Of a stretch of 64,000 nt of DNA, positions 15,710-30,252 are shown one piece after another. Every line of letters begins with the position of its first letter. Positions within the stretch are counted from its first letter, which is position 1. The stretch is from NCBI GenBank assembly GCA_964016885.1, contig OZ024748.1, positions 5,022,001-5,086,000 on the forward strand, given 5' to 3'. This DNA comes from Eledone cirrhosa (Eukaryota). The notes under the pieces are model-generated. The model did no database searches and was not told the DNA's origin. It saw only the letters and a list, made by a program, of their open reading frames with translations. Position numbers and translations under genes: made by a program.

Positions 15710-15944
15710 CCCTTTCGTCACTATAGTTCTTATGAAAGACATTGTTTCTATTTAAATTATTTTGTAAATAATCAAAATTTTTGAAGGGATATAGCTATGT
15801 AGATTTCTCATTAAGTTGTTGATTGGAGTATGTTCTTACATAAAAAATATGACGTTTTAGATAATTATAAAGACATAAAAACAATAAACTTTCTAATTGC
15901 AGAAGCAGAGACGGTTTCAAGCTGTTTGGAGTAAAAGGAATTAG
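15710..15944. mobile_element. Degenerate piggyBac-like MITE
   Basis: Starts TTGA-CCCTTTCGTCAC; right end GTAAAAGGAA-TTAG is decayed. Confidence 0.35.
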
Positions 15945-16437
15945 AGGAAATCTTATGATATCTTTCTACAAAATTCTGTAAGCAAATAAGGGAGCCTCTA
16001 CAGGGTTGCACGACCTGCTAGAAATAGAAGCCAAGTTTTCCTTAAATCACACTGTAATCTCTGAAGAAGTAACGAAGGGCCAGTTAATGTATTTTTGCGG
16101 AGGAGCGCTGTTGCCTGGAATGTCGGATGCAGGAAGAATCGTTGGTTCTACACAACGGCAACTGTTTCTTTTCCAGGGAAAGCAGCTGAGATCTAGTGTC
16201 TAGCAAATTGTGTAGAATTTGTGCTCTCCAATTTACCCCAGCCATTTGTTCATATACATGGCTATAGAAAAACAATTATTGTACATACATGAACTGTAGC
16301 ACTGATACAGTGTGATTCATGAGACATATATAAAAGCATTTATATTTATTTATGTAATAAACGCACATAGACACAAAGTATATCTGTCATATACGTTTCA
16401 ATTATTTTACACACACACGTATATATATATGTATATA

Positions 16438-16575
<138 letters not shown>

Positions 16576-16599
16576 CGAGAGAGAGAGAGAGAGAGAGTA

Positions 16600-16730
16600 T
16601 TGGCGGCTTAATGAGAGAGTCGTTAGAGCATCGGATTAAATATTCTAGGACTCTGATATTTGAGTTTAAATCCTATCGAGGCTAATTTAACATTCATCCC
16701 TTCAGGGTAGAGAAATAAAATACTAGTTCA
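16600..16730 (+). mobile_element. Diverged tRNA-derived SINE
   Basis: GAGTTTAAATCC B-box-like motif followed by a decayed core. Confidence 0.6.
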
Positions 16731-17447
16731 AGGGAGCTTGCTCTGCTGGACTGTTAAATGCTAAGCTGGATGCTTTGTTGTATCTGTTTCAACTCTAGAG
16801 ATTCCGTGTTCAAATTCTACTTCAAGACCCCAGACAATCGGTGAAGCTTCTGCCAGAAATTGCAGCCAGCTGACAGTAAGACTAATGGAAAGACCAAAGG
16901 AAATATAAACCCGTGGCTCCGATTTAAGGAACAGCTCGGTTTCCTCTTTTTATATACTCCTTTACAAACAATATTAGAATACATTGGCAGATTCATGACG
17001 CCAGGAAGGCTTTTGATCATATTTCTTCTCTACTAAGACCAGACTTAAGGATAAACAAAATCGACAACAACAGCAACTCACTCTGTCCTACTGCTCCATT
17101 TTTGTAGTTGTTAATATTCATAAATCTCTTAGTTGATAAAATCTCTGTTTTACTGAAATTCAGATGTCTTCGTATATCTCATTTCTAACTTATCGAAATG
17201 ATTTAGTTTGGCAAACTAAATGTTTGTATGCGTGTGTATATATATATACATATATATAAATATATATAAATATAAAATATAAATGTATATATATAAATAT
17301 AAAATATAAATATATATATATATAAATATGCAATATAAATACATATTTACATATAAATATAAAATATAAATATATATATATATATATAAAATATATATAC
17401 ATATATATATATAAATACATATATATATATATACATATATATATATG

Positions 17448-17478
<31 letters not shown>

Positions 17479-17557
17479 GTATACATACATATATATGTGT
17501 ATATATATGTATATATATATATATACATATATATATACATACATATATATATATATG

Positions 17558-17588
<31 letters not shown>

Positions 17589-17695
17589 GTATACATACAT
17601 ATATATGTGTATACATACATACATATGTAATACATATATATATATATACATATATATATATACATATATATATATATATGTATATATATATGTAT

Positions 17696-17728
<33 letters not shown>

Positions 17729-17769
17729 CGATAGTAAACAAATGGAAACTATATTTATAAAACCATATT

Positions 17770-17836
17770 TATTTCATTATACATATTTCAGGGAATACCA
17801 TATTAAAAATATGGCATGCCTTCGTCAGATAAAATA
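17770..17836 (-). ncRNA. Type I hammerhead ribozyme, family B
   Basis: Minus strand: TATTTTAT-CTGACGA-AGGCATGCCATA tttttaa TATGGTATTCCCT-GAAA-TATGTA-TA|ATGAAATA; 8-bp stem I and intact core. Confidence 0.85.
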
Positions 17837-17983
17837 CAATATATAAACTGTTTTATAAATAATTTTGACATACCATAAATATAAGCCACCATTAAGGTAG
17901 GAAGCTCCAAAAACTTGTCGAGTGCTTTATATCGGTTATAAAATATTTACTTGTTGTAACCCAACAATTTTAAATAAAACTTT

Positions 17984-18022
<39 letters not shown>

Positions 18023-18290
18023 AAATTTCTATTTAAATTGTTGGGATACAACAAGCAAATATTTTTATAACTGATATAAAGCACTCAAAAAATATTTGGA
18101 GTAAAAATACTATATTAACAAATGGAAACTATATTTATAAAACCATATTTATTTCATTATACATATTTCAAGGACACCAAGTTAAATTATGGTGTATGTA
18201 TGTACGTATACATACTTATATTTAAGTATCAGCTGTACTAAGATTGAGAAATGAAATTTCATTTTTTCCATATATATATATGAATATATA

Positions 18291-18707
<417 letters not shown>

Positions 18708-19188
18708 TCGACTCCAGGAGGATAAGGGGTGAGAGATACACACTTATATACACCTATATTAATCGAATGATCTTATTTCACTCTTAATATTCACAGGAGT
18801 GGTTGATTGAAGGAATCGAAATAGCACTGGATAAAATGTGGTTTTCTTTTAAGGGGGAGGGACCTTTACATTCTATGGTGTAATCCTGACTAGGTCAACC
18901 TTGACTTTATCATGCCAGGGTCGATAAATTAAGGTGTCACGCAAATAATGGACTTGATTAAATGAATTTTACCCTTTTGCAAAAATTGCCTAAATACACA
19001 AACAAATACACACACACACGCACACAGACACACATACATCCAGACACACGCGCGCACACGCACACACACACATATTAATAAGTATGGACGAAGTGCCAAA
19101 TTTTCATTAAGTTCATTGTTAACCAACAGTAACTTGACGTTACAATCCCTAAACTATATATATATATATACATATATATGCATACAAC

Positions 19189-19255
<67 letters not shown>

Positions 19256-19516
19256 TGTATACACACATATATATATACACACACATTATATATATATACA
19301 TATATACACACACATATGCATATATACATATATATATACACATATACATTTCTATATATACATATATATATATACAGACACACGCATATATATATATATA
19401 CATATACATATATATACACACATATACATATATATACATATATATTCACATATATATATACGCATATATATATAAATATATATATATATACATATATACA
19501 TATATACACATATATA

Positions 19517-19550
<34 letters not shown>

Positions 19551-19580
19551 TATATACACACATATATATATATACAAACA

Positions 19581-19622
<42 letters not shown>

Positions 19623-19668
19623 GGAGGTGAGTTTTATTGTAGTACATAGCCTTCATATCATGTTCTCC

Positions 19669-19739
19669 TGTTTTATCTGATGAAAACACAAATATTATTG
19701 TTTGATGATGTTTGTTTTTGAAATGCGCATAATAAAATA
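19669..19739 (+). ncRNA. Type I hammerhead ribozyme (B-related)
   Basis: TGTTTTAT-CTGATGA-long stem II-GAAA-TGCGCA-TA|ATAAAATA; stem III is the palindrome ATGCGCAT; element about 19620-19775 between (TA)n arrays. Confidence 0.85.
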
Positions 19740-20114
19740 TATTGAACTCCTTTAACCATCTTTTGATCTTATATTATATATATATATATATATATAGTAG
19801 AGTACAAGAATTTGTCCAAGTGAAACCACCTCAACGAACTTTAAAACATCAATATCGACTTAAGAATTTATTAGATAGCTTCCATATACCATTCCAGTCG
19901 AGCAACAGATAATTCCACCCCCGCACTAAATACAATGATATACTACCAATCTCAACACCATACCATTCCAACCCAACACCACCTCACAGAATGTCTTATC
20001 GATCTCCTCTCCGTACCATCCCATTCTTATATGACTCCATCTCTGTATCGATTTTTCAATGAAGAATACATTTTAAGTTCGCTTGATGGAAAGATGTGAC
20101 GGGGCAATATCATT

Positions 20115-20217
20115 CGAGGTTAACTTTGCCTTTCATCCTTACGGGGTCGATAAAATAAAGTACCAGTAATGTACTGGGGTAATTGCTGGCCTTGTGCCAG
20201 TAGTAGAAACAATTATT
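20115..20217 (+). mobile_element. 5'-truncated SINE
   Basis: Core and tail. Confidence 0.85.
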
Positions 20218-20554
20218 AAGTGTCTGAGTATGTAAACTTGCTTGTGTGTGTGTGTGTGCGTGTGTATGTTTTATGTTTGAATGTAAGTATGTGTGTGTGT
20301 ATAGTTTGGATTTAGCTGTCGAAAGGGTTGGAGCTCAGCCGTAGGGGTCCTTAATCTTTTCATATTACCCACTCTACTACCCCAAGTAACGAGTATTGAG
20401 GTGGGTTATCGTCGTCTAGCTCTTGTTTTTACCACACCCTATCTGATATATATATATATGAAGAAGAATACTGCATGGTTGCACATGGATTACACATTAT
20501 AAAATTAGTCCCTCATCAGTGATTTGCCAACCATCATTGGTATTTCATCGCATT

Positions 20555-20740
20555 ACGGTGAATTGGCAGTATCAGTAGAGGGTTGGACGCCATGCTTTCT
20601 AGCATAATTACGTCCCTTTACGGTTTGAGTTCAAATCCCGTCGAGGTTAACTTTGCCTTTCATCCTTACGGGGTCGATAAAATAAAGTACCAGTAGTGTA
20701 CTGGGTAATTGCTGGTCTTGTGCCAAAAGTAGAAACAATT
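20555..20740 (+). mobile_element. Full-length SINE
   Basis: Head CGGTGAATTGGCAGTATCAGTAGAG, B-box, core, tail. Confidence 0.9.
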
Positions 20741-20750
20741 ATATATACAT

Positions 20751-20781
<31 letters not shown>

Positions 20782-20900
20782 TAGGAAAAGAGTCAGGACA
20801 CCAGTTCGGATCTAGCTGTCGAAACGGGCAAAGTATTACTCTAAGTATCGAGTACTCTGGTAGGTGATGGTCCACCTGAATCATTACCACACATTCTTCG

Positions 20901-20945
<45 letters not shown>

Positions 20946-21049
20946 ATTCTGAGGAGAATTAACAAAGAGAGGACAAGACAATGGATGAAATCAAGGCAAA
21001 ACGAAAAACAATTTTTTAAGGGAAACCTTAAAAATTGTTTTATATATAT

Positions 21050-21175
21050 AATAATTGTTTCTACTTTTGGAACAAAGCCACCAATTACCCAGTACTTTAT
21101 TTTATCTGGTACTTTATTACTGGTTCTTTATTTTATCGACTCCGTAAGGATGAAAGGGAAAGGTAACCTCGGCCT
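21050..21175 (-). mobile_element. 5'-truncated SINE
   Basis: Tail and core with a small internal duplication. Confidence 0.8.
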
Positions 21176-21488
21176 TTCATATATATATATACATATATTA
21201 ATGAAAGATCGTAGACCATATTCAAATGATTCAAGTTCATATAAAACTGCGTTATCCATGTACTGTGGTGTGGTGTAGGGTGATTTTTGTCATTTGCGAG
21301 AAGACGGTGAAAAGGTTGAACATCGGTGGTATCAGCAAATATAACGGCAGGGAGAGATAAGATGGTATAGTGTAGGGAAGTTTGGTATACTGCGCTGGAG
21401 TGTTCTGTGGTGTAGTTTCATGTGGTGTGAATATTGTGTAAGGTGGAGTGTAGCGTAGTGTACTGTTGTGTTGTATGATGTGATCTGG

Positions 21489-21730
21489 TATAGTGTGATA
21501 GAGTTTAGTGTGGTGGGGGTATTGTAAGATAGAGTGTAGAGTGGTGTAGTGTAGTATGGTGTGGTGTGGTATAGTGTGATGGAGTTTAGTATGGTGGGGG
21601 TATTGTAAGATAGAGTGTAGAGTGGTGTAGTGTAGTATGGTGTGGTGTGGTATAGTGTGATGGAGTTTAGTATGGTGGGGGTATTGTAAGATAGAATGTA
21701 GAGTGGTGTAATGTAGTGTGGTGTAGTGGG
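21489..21730. repeat. 81-bp tandem repeat, three units
   Basis: TATAGTGTGA unit starts at 21489, 21570 and 21651. Confidence 0.9.
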
Positions 21731-22487
21731 TGGGGTGTAGTGGGTGAAGTACCGTTTAGTGCTTTGTCAATAGAGAGAAGCTACGCCACTGGGGAGATAA
21801 ATGGTGTAGCGTAGATTAGTGTGGTATAGTTCGGTGGGATGTACTGTGGTGTGGTGTGGAATCGGTAGAGAGAAGCCGCCACGACAGGGGGTAGTTACGG
21901 TGTAGTGTAGTTCGGTGTCGGTAGAGTGAGGCCGGGAGATACGGTGCTATAATAATATAATATATTACAGTAATATTGGCTGATATCGCTGTCACATCAA
22001 AGGAGAGAAGACAACAGAAATTTGACCCTAGGCATCTGGCTTTCGTTTAGCTGACTGAACTGACTATTTAAGATGACCGACAACACCTACACCTATACCA
22101 CCACCACCACCATCAACGAAATCACCACCACCACCACCAGCAGCACCAGCATCACTAACGTTAGCATCACCAACAATATCGTCACTATCACCACCATCAT
22201 CAACAACACTAAACACAACCACCACCCGCTATCTCAACCACGAACCAGATACACCGTCACCACAACCACCAATAACTCTTATGAACCATCACCACCTCCA
22301 CCAACACTATGAACAACCATTATAGACATCACCACCACCACCAACAATCATTAACATCACCGCTGGCACTACCAACACAATCACCACCACTAACAACCAT
22401 TATAACCATCACCACCACCAACACAACCATTATCAGCACCGCCGCCACCACCAACACAATCCCCATCACTACCATCAATCAGTCAGT

Positions 22488-22525
<38 letters not shown>

Positions 22526-22696
22526 CACCCCACCTCCATTGACACCAATACCAGCAAGGTCCAGCGCCTCTGCTCCGTCACACATATTTGCACATCGAGT
22601 CAGCTGACCGGAGACACATTTAGGGACTGAAGGAGTTATTTTTGTTTGTGTACACACACACACATACACTCACACACACACACTCAAACACACACA

Positions 22697-22747
<51 letters not shown>

Positions 22748-22777
22748 CTACTGCAACAACACAGCTCGCCATTTTTC

Positions 22778-22808
<31 letters not shown>

Positions 22809-23009
22809 TGCGCATACACACACATATATATATATACACTAATATATATATATGTATGTACATATATGTGTGTATGTATACACACACATTTATATATGTG
22901 TGTGTGTGTGTCGAACGGTTATCGTTTTCTTTTCATTTTCCATATTCCTCTCCCCATCCCCCACCCCATCTATCTCAACTCACCTTTTCAATTGAGGAAG
23001 TCAACGTTG

Positions 23010-23640
23010 TAATAATTGTTTCCACTTTTTGGCACAAGGCCAGCAATTATCCCAGTACATTACTGGTACTTTATTTTATCGACCCCGTAAGGATGAAAGG
23101 CAAAGTTAACCTCGGCGGGATTTGAACTCAGTCCGTAAAGGGACGTAACTGTGTTGCAAAGCATGGCGTCCGAACCTCTACTGACCCTATACTGCCATGT
23201 ATTAATGGTGTCAGATTTAGACAGAAGGCCAACAATTTTGTGGAGAGAGAAAAGTCGATTACATCGATCCCGGTACAATACTGGTTCTTTATTCTATCGA
23301 CCTCCGTAAGGATGAAAGGCAAAGCTAACCTTGACAGGATTTGAACTTAGATCGTAAATGTGCGTAACAGTATGCCATATAACATGGTGTCCAACGCTCT
23401 ACCGCCCAATCCACCACCCAAAAGCCGACAGTTAATATTTTTGTTAATAATAATTGTTTCTACTTTAGGCACAAGGCCAGCAATTACCCAGTACATTACT
23501 GGTACTTTACTTTATCGACCCCGTAAGGATGAAATCAAAGTTAACCTCGGCGGGATTTGAACTCAGACTGTAAAGGGACGTAACTATGCTAGAAAGCATG
23601 GCGTCCAACCCTCTACCGATACTGCCAATTCACCGCCCTT
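23010..23640 (-). mobile_element. Three tandem SINE copies; an inverted partial copy follows at 23700-23782
   Basis: Three cores and B-boxes. Confidence 0.9.
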
Positions 23641-24262
23641 GTTTGTTAATAATAATTATAACAAATTATAATATTAATATTTGTAGGGGGGTGTGCCGTT
23701 GATCCTTACGGGGTCGATAAAATAAAGTACCAGTAATGCACTGGGTAATTTCTGGCCTTGTTCCTAACGTAGAAACAATTAATATTTGTTTTGACACGAC
23801 CACGCGAATTTGCAATGCATGGCAATTAAACCATATCGTGTTGGACTATTACCTTAACCTGACGGTGTCTCGGACATCTTCGACTGTTGGAACTCCTCTG
23901 CTTGTAGAGATTGTCCTGGGTCGATTATAAATACACAAATACCAGTTTATAGAAGGCGAGGGGTTTATTCAAGTCACCCTGTGTCTGCGTTGAACCTAGA
24001 TCTGTACGTCTTTCAATGAGACGAGCTGTGGAAATATATGTCCCATGAAAGGTGGCTACACTGGCTGGACAACTCTTTCGTTGACATCGTCGTCGTAGTA
24101 CCCGAGGTAATTCTGCAGGCGCGTTAGTCATAGGGCGTGCCTGTCCTATGGAATGAAAGGTAGGGCTACTGTCGGTTAAGTCAACACCAGCGGTATTTGA
24201 TCCCAGAATGTAAATATGTTTATGTTACTGTTTACCTCGTTACATTGGTGTGTACACACATA

Positions 24263-24358
<96 letters not shown>

Positions 24359-24426
24359 CAAGGTTTAGCAAATAGAGAAAAAGTTTTAAAATAAATTTAA
24401 AAAAGTTTACTGTAATTACTATATTT

Positions 24427-24510
24427 ACCCTTACCGCGCGGTTTCAAGTCTCAAAATAAATGGATAATCCATGCGGAAATCCATTGAGAAGAAGACTTTC
24501 GTCAGAGGGT
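24427..24510 (-). ncRNA. Type I hammerhead ribozyme, family F
   Basis: Minus strand: ACCCT-CTGACGA-AAGTCT...AGACTT-GAAA-CCGCGCGG-TA|AGGGT; all three stems pair; element about 24356-24634 between (TA)n arrays. Confidence 0.92.
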
Positions 24511-24630
24511 TCTTCTCACTCGGAGAATATAAAATTCCCGAGTTCAAATCACGAACTGGCCCCCCATACAGAACTGTTCCCGGATGGGAGTGTATGATAA
24601 AGAAACAATCTTGTCTAGTGCCATGTGTAA

Positions 24631-24683
<53 letters not shown>

Positions 24684-24814
24684 ACATACATATATCCGTA
24701 TGTAGTAATCAAAAAAACTAAAATCAAAGTGTACTCAAAATTGAAGTAGAGTTTGAATATTCATTTTATTAAGTCTGAATAGTGAGACTTGTCGGTGACA
24801 AACACATTTAGACA

Positions 24815-25800
24815 TAGACACACGTATATATGTATACTTCAGACACGTATATATGTATACTTCAGACACACGTATATATGTATACTTTAGACACACGTAT
24901 ATATGTATACTTCAGACACACGTATATATGTATACTTTAGACACGTATATATGTATACTTCAGACACACGTATATATGTATACTTCAGACACACGTATAT
25001 ATGTATACTTTAGACACGTATATATGTATACTTCAGACACACGTATATATGTATACTTTAGGCACGTATATATGTATACTTCAGACACGTATATATGTAT
25101 ACTTCAGACACGTATATATGTATACTTCAGACACGTATATATGTATACTTCAGACACGTATATATGTATACTTCAGACACGTATATATGTATACTTTAGA
25201 CACGTATATATGTATACTTCAGACACACGTATATATGTATACTTCAGACACACGTATATATGTATACTTTAGACACGTATATATGTATGCTTCAGACACA
25301 CGTATATATGTATACTTCAGACACACGTATATATGTATACTTCAGACACACGTATATATGTATACTTTAGACACGTATATATGTATACTTCAGACACGTA
25401 TATATGTATACTTTAGACACGTATATATGTATACTTCAGACACACGTATATATGTATACTTCAGACACGTATATATGTATACTTCAGACACGTATATATG
25501 TATACTTTAGACACGTATATATGTATACTTCAGACACACGTATATATGTATACTTCAGACACGTATATATGTATACTTCAGACACGTATATATGTATACT
25601 TCAGACACACGTATATATGTATACTTCAGACACACGTATATATGTATACTTCAGACACACGTATATATGTATACTTCAGACACACGTATATATGTATACT
25701 TCAGACACACGTATATATGTATACTTCAGACACACGTATATATGTATACTTCAGACACACGTATATATGTATACTTTAGACACGTATATATGTATACTTT
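24815..25800. repeat. 22/24-bp minisatellite
   Basis: About 43 units of CACGTATATATGTATACTT(C/T)AGA(CA). Confidence 0.97.
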
Positions 25801-25943
25801 ATATACATTATAAAAGTCATTTTTTCAATAATGTCACTTTGACGAATCAAAGAAAAGAAAAACAGACCCTTAAATATATTTTCCGTGCAATTTCCAATCT
25901 CTCTCTCTCTCTCCCTCTCTCTCTCTCTATATATATATATAAT

Positions 25944-26130
25944 ATAATTGTTTCTACTTTTGGCACAAGGCCAGCAATTATCCCAGTGTATTTCTGGTAC
26001 TTTATTTTATCGACCTCGTAAGGATGAAAGGCAAGGTTAACCTCGGCGGGATTTGAACTCAGACCATAAAGGGCCGTAATTCTTTGCTGCAAAGCATGGC
26101 GTCCGACCCTCTACCGATACTGCCAAACAA
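25944..26130 (-). mobile_element. Full-length SINE
   Basis: Tail, core, B-box and head. Confidence 0.9.
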
Positions 26131-26252
26131 CCGAGATGATCGCATTCTTTAAGGATATGTCAATATTTGTTTATAAAACTGATGTCCTTGAAATATGTAT
26201 AATGAAATAAATATGGTTTTATAAATATAGTTTCCATTTGTTAATATATTAT

Positions 26253-26303
<51 letters not shown>

Positions 26304-26362
26304 ATATAATATAATATAATATGATATATATATACACATATATATACTCCTCGTGATTCTGA

Positions 26363-26826
26363 TAATAATTGTTTCTACGTTTGGCACAAAGCCAGCAATT
26401 ATCCAGTGCATTTCTGGTACTTTGTTTTATGAACCCCGTTTAATAATTGTTTCTATTTTAGGCACAAGGCCACCAATTACCCAGAACATTACTGGTACTT
26501 TTATTTTATCGACCTCGTAAGGATGAAAGGCAAAGTTAACCTCGACGGGATTTGAACTCAGACCTTAATAGGACGTAACTATGATAGAAAGCATGATGTC
26601 CAACCCTCTACCGATACTGCCAAATCGCCGACCCCGTATAATAATCGTTTCTACTTTAGGCACAAGGCCAGCAAATTACCCAGTACATTACTGGTAGTTT
26701 ATTTTATCGACCCCGTAAGGATGAAAGGCAAAGTTAACCACGGCGGGATTTGAACTCAGACTGTAAAGGGACGTAACTATGCTAGAAAGCATGGCGTCCA
26801 ACCCTCTACCGATACTGCCAATTCAC
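26363..26826 (-). mobile_element. Tandem SINEs: one partial and two full copies
   Basis: Repeated tail/core/B-box. Confidence 0.9.
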
Positions 26827-27349
26827 AATGAAATATATATATATACGTTTATGATGTGATAAGATTAATCCCTTTTGGAGCCATAGTGAGAAACTGCGGG
26901 ATATTTTCTTGCTATCACTGTATCACCATATCGTCATCTTCCATATCATGATATCCCCTTCACGGATTATATCTCACTATATGAGATCAGGATAACCGTT
27001 GTAAGAACCGATTTCTAGTCTTTGATTGATTGTATTTTTACGGGTTTTGTTTCACTTTTGAAGAAATATTCTACACTATTGAGTTTTTATATTATTTCAA
27101 ATGTATTGTATTTCATTTTATGTTAGGTTATATTTGAAATGTGTGCACCCCAACGCAAATGATCCGAGTAATACTTGATTACTATAAATAATACATGAGG
27201 AAATCGGGTAAAAAATGTGGAAAAACGGGCCTCGACAGATGATAATAGTAATGTTTGTGATGACAAAAACGGTATTATTATATATATATATTTACTTGTA
27301 TGAATATGTATATGCATAAATATAAATATATATATATATATAAATATAT

Positions 27350-27482
27350 GTAAAGAAGGAGTTGTGGTAAGGAACCAGATGAACCATAACGCACCAGAGT
27401 ATTCAATACTTAGGGTAGTAGAGTCCAGAAATAGCCGTCGAAACGGCTTGAACTCTGCCGTCGGGCTCATACATTTTCCCAT
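27350..27482. mobile_element. Family C element with internal inversion
   Basis: Reverse-complement tail joined to forward GCCGTC-GAAA-CGGC...GCCGTC hammerhead 3' half; same layout at 44871-44990. Confidence 0.75.
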
Positions 27483-27485
27483 ATA

Positions 27486-27517
<32 letters not shown>

Positions 27518-27605
27518 TGTAAAATCCCGAACATATGTGCATGATCATATACACACCTATATACATGCAAATATATATATACACACGTACATACAAAGTA
27601 ATATA

Positions 27606-27676
<71 letters not shown>

Positions 27677-28472
27677 CGGACGTATTATTTGCAAAATGTA
27701 TTTGTAAGGAATCACTGAAAATGGATTTACGAACCCGAAATATAATGAATCACACTTTTACAGAGATCGCTGTGATTTGATCACAACTTGAAATACTCAC
27801 AGCGAGACTATGAATGTTCATTACACATAAACCCACTATATAGGTTTCCATATGCTCCTCTATTCTGAACCACGCTGTGTTAGTCCAACTGCTACGTAGT
27901 TACACATATATTATATATATTGTAATCTTTCGGCAGTAAGTCATAATATATGGAAAGTAAGTCATATGTTTCTCCTCATAGCCTAGCAGGAGATCTAACT
28001 AATGATATCTCTATAATCATATCAGACCCAGAAACGATGCGTAAAGAGAGAATCATTTCTTATAAGCTACTTAATGAGAAAACGCCGAATAATTCCGGAA
28101 AAACACGAAAATCTTAGAATCACAGACTGTGTAGTTTTAGAAAATGGGCTCCAAATAACTATATACCGCATATTTTCCGACGCTCTGCCAATATGAATGT
28201 TTCGTTTCCAAATTCAACATATATCTGTAAGATGTTTCTTCTAATACATGCATATATACATAACTTTGATAGGTTTCGGCCCAGTGTTGGCCCAGGCCAT
28301 GTCTATCTTAATAAGACCACCTGGCGCCGTCTTTCATATCAGCATTTGGACACCATGACCCACGGTCGGGATTTTGCATGTCTCTATATCCATTCTGTAT
28401 CTTTCGATGCATTGAGTACTCCCATGACTAGTGTTCTCGCCTGTTTCAGCACCGCAGAATCCCTCCTCTCAC

Positions 28473-28503
<31 letters not shown>

Positions 28504-28720
28504 ATTTTTATCACTTGTTGCCCCTTCACACATTCTCTGTATTTACATATATACAAAACGAGTAAGGGGGAGAAGAAGAGATAAAAACATAGTCAGACGT
28601 ATAGGGGGAAATAGGGCTGAAAGCCCCCTTATACACATAGAGACAGGCAAGCAAGCAGAAAGATAGGTGCATAGACAGACCGAGAGAGAGGGGGAGAGAT
28701 AAACAGAGAAATATACAGTG

Positions 28721-28779
<59 letters not shown>

Positions 28780-28924
28780 GCACTGTATATTTCTCTGTTT
28801 ATCCCCCCCCCCTCTCTCTTTATATATAGATAGATAGACAGATAGACAGACTGATATAGATAGATAATTACATATCTAGCTAGATAGATAGATATAGATA
28901 GATAGTCGAAGACAGATAGTTACG

Positions 28925-28994
<70 letters not shown>

Positions 28995-29548
28995 GATATA
29001 CATATTTACATAGACAGATAGATAGATTGATAGATATTTAGACAGATAGAGAGACAGAGAAATGGGCAGGAGTTGGGCTCTGTTGGTTGACTGATTTATT
29101 GCTCCAAGTGCAGTGCTAACAAATTTAAAACAAAAATAACAACAAACAAAAACAATATCAAACTACTTCTCCTATGAAGTCCGAACCGAAGAACAAGAAA
29201 GATCAAAGAGGAATGCTTTGAATCTAAGAACCGGCAACGAAATGTGATGGTGTGGTGGAGGGTAGAGGTGAAGGGGAGTGAAAGAAAGGGAAGGGGAAGG
29301 GGACACGGAATCGGTGTGAAAGAGAGGAGTTGCTGATAGTTTTATGAGTGTAAAGATAACGACAACTGCCGTGAAAATGGCGAGAGGAAGAAGGTTATGG
29401 AATTGATATAAAGAGAGAGGAGGGATATTATAATAAATCAATGTCCACCACTGTTTAAGTACGACGACGACTTTAAATGGTGATTCAACTTAAGTGGCTA
29501 TCATCTCTCTGATGTGTGTATGTGTGTGTGTGTAACTATATATATATA

Positions 29549-29735
29549 TAATTGTTTCTACTTTTGGCACAAGGCCAACAATTATTCCAGGGTATTACTG
29601 GTACTTTATTTTATCGACTCCATAAGGATGAAAGGCAAAGTTAACCTCGGCGGGATTTGAACTCAGAATGGCAATGGCCGTAACTCTATGTGTCAGAGCA
29701 TGGCGTCCGACCCTCTACCAACACTGCCAATCCAC
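29549..29735 (-). mobile_element. Full-length SINE
   Basis: Tail, core, B-box and head. Confidence 0.9.
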
Positions 29736-29810
29736 GATTCATATTTACATTTCCACATATCTCTATGAATTCCATTCATTGACACACCCCTAATATATAT
29801 ATATATATAT

Positions 29811-30055
29811 CAAGTAAGTATGTTTTGAAACAGCGAGCAAGTTTGAAATTAGAAAATAGAAGCTTTCACTGTAATTTTTGACTAAGGAAATTTTAACCTG
29901 ATAGTGGGGTTTAGAACCCTCAGAGAAATGGAAAAAGAGGAGTATTGACGTACGTCCCATGTACGTCAATACTCCTCTTTTTCCATTTCTCTGAGGGTTC
30001 TAAACCCCACTATCAGGTTAAAATTTCCTTAGTAAAAAAATACACTGAAAGCTTC

Positions 30056-30066
<11 letters not shown>
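29811..30066 (-). mobile_element. Family H fold-back element (about 106-bp arms) in (TA)n
   Basis: Arms 29848-29954 and 29960-30066; unpaired tail 29811-29847. Confidence 0.75.
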
Positions 30067-30117
<51 letters not shown>

Positions 30118-30209
30118 TATGTATACGTACATACATATATGTATACAGACGTACAGTAGTATTTATATATATATACACATACATGTACACATATATATAT
30201 GTACGTATG

Positions 30210-30252
<43 letters not shown>

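Noticed and set aside
23860-24190. GC-richer blocks as LINE coding remnants (also 11040-11340, 47410-47720)
   Set aside because: No recognisable RT or endonuclease motif in the frames I could read; left unassigned
29898-29932. CTGATAG...GAAA as a hammerhead
   Set aside because: Non-consensus core, no stem I or III, and on the strand opposite the element's inferred sense
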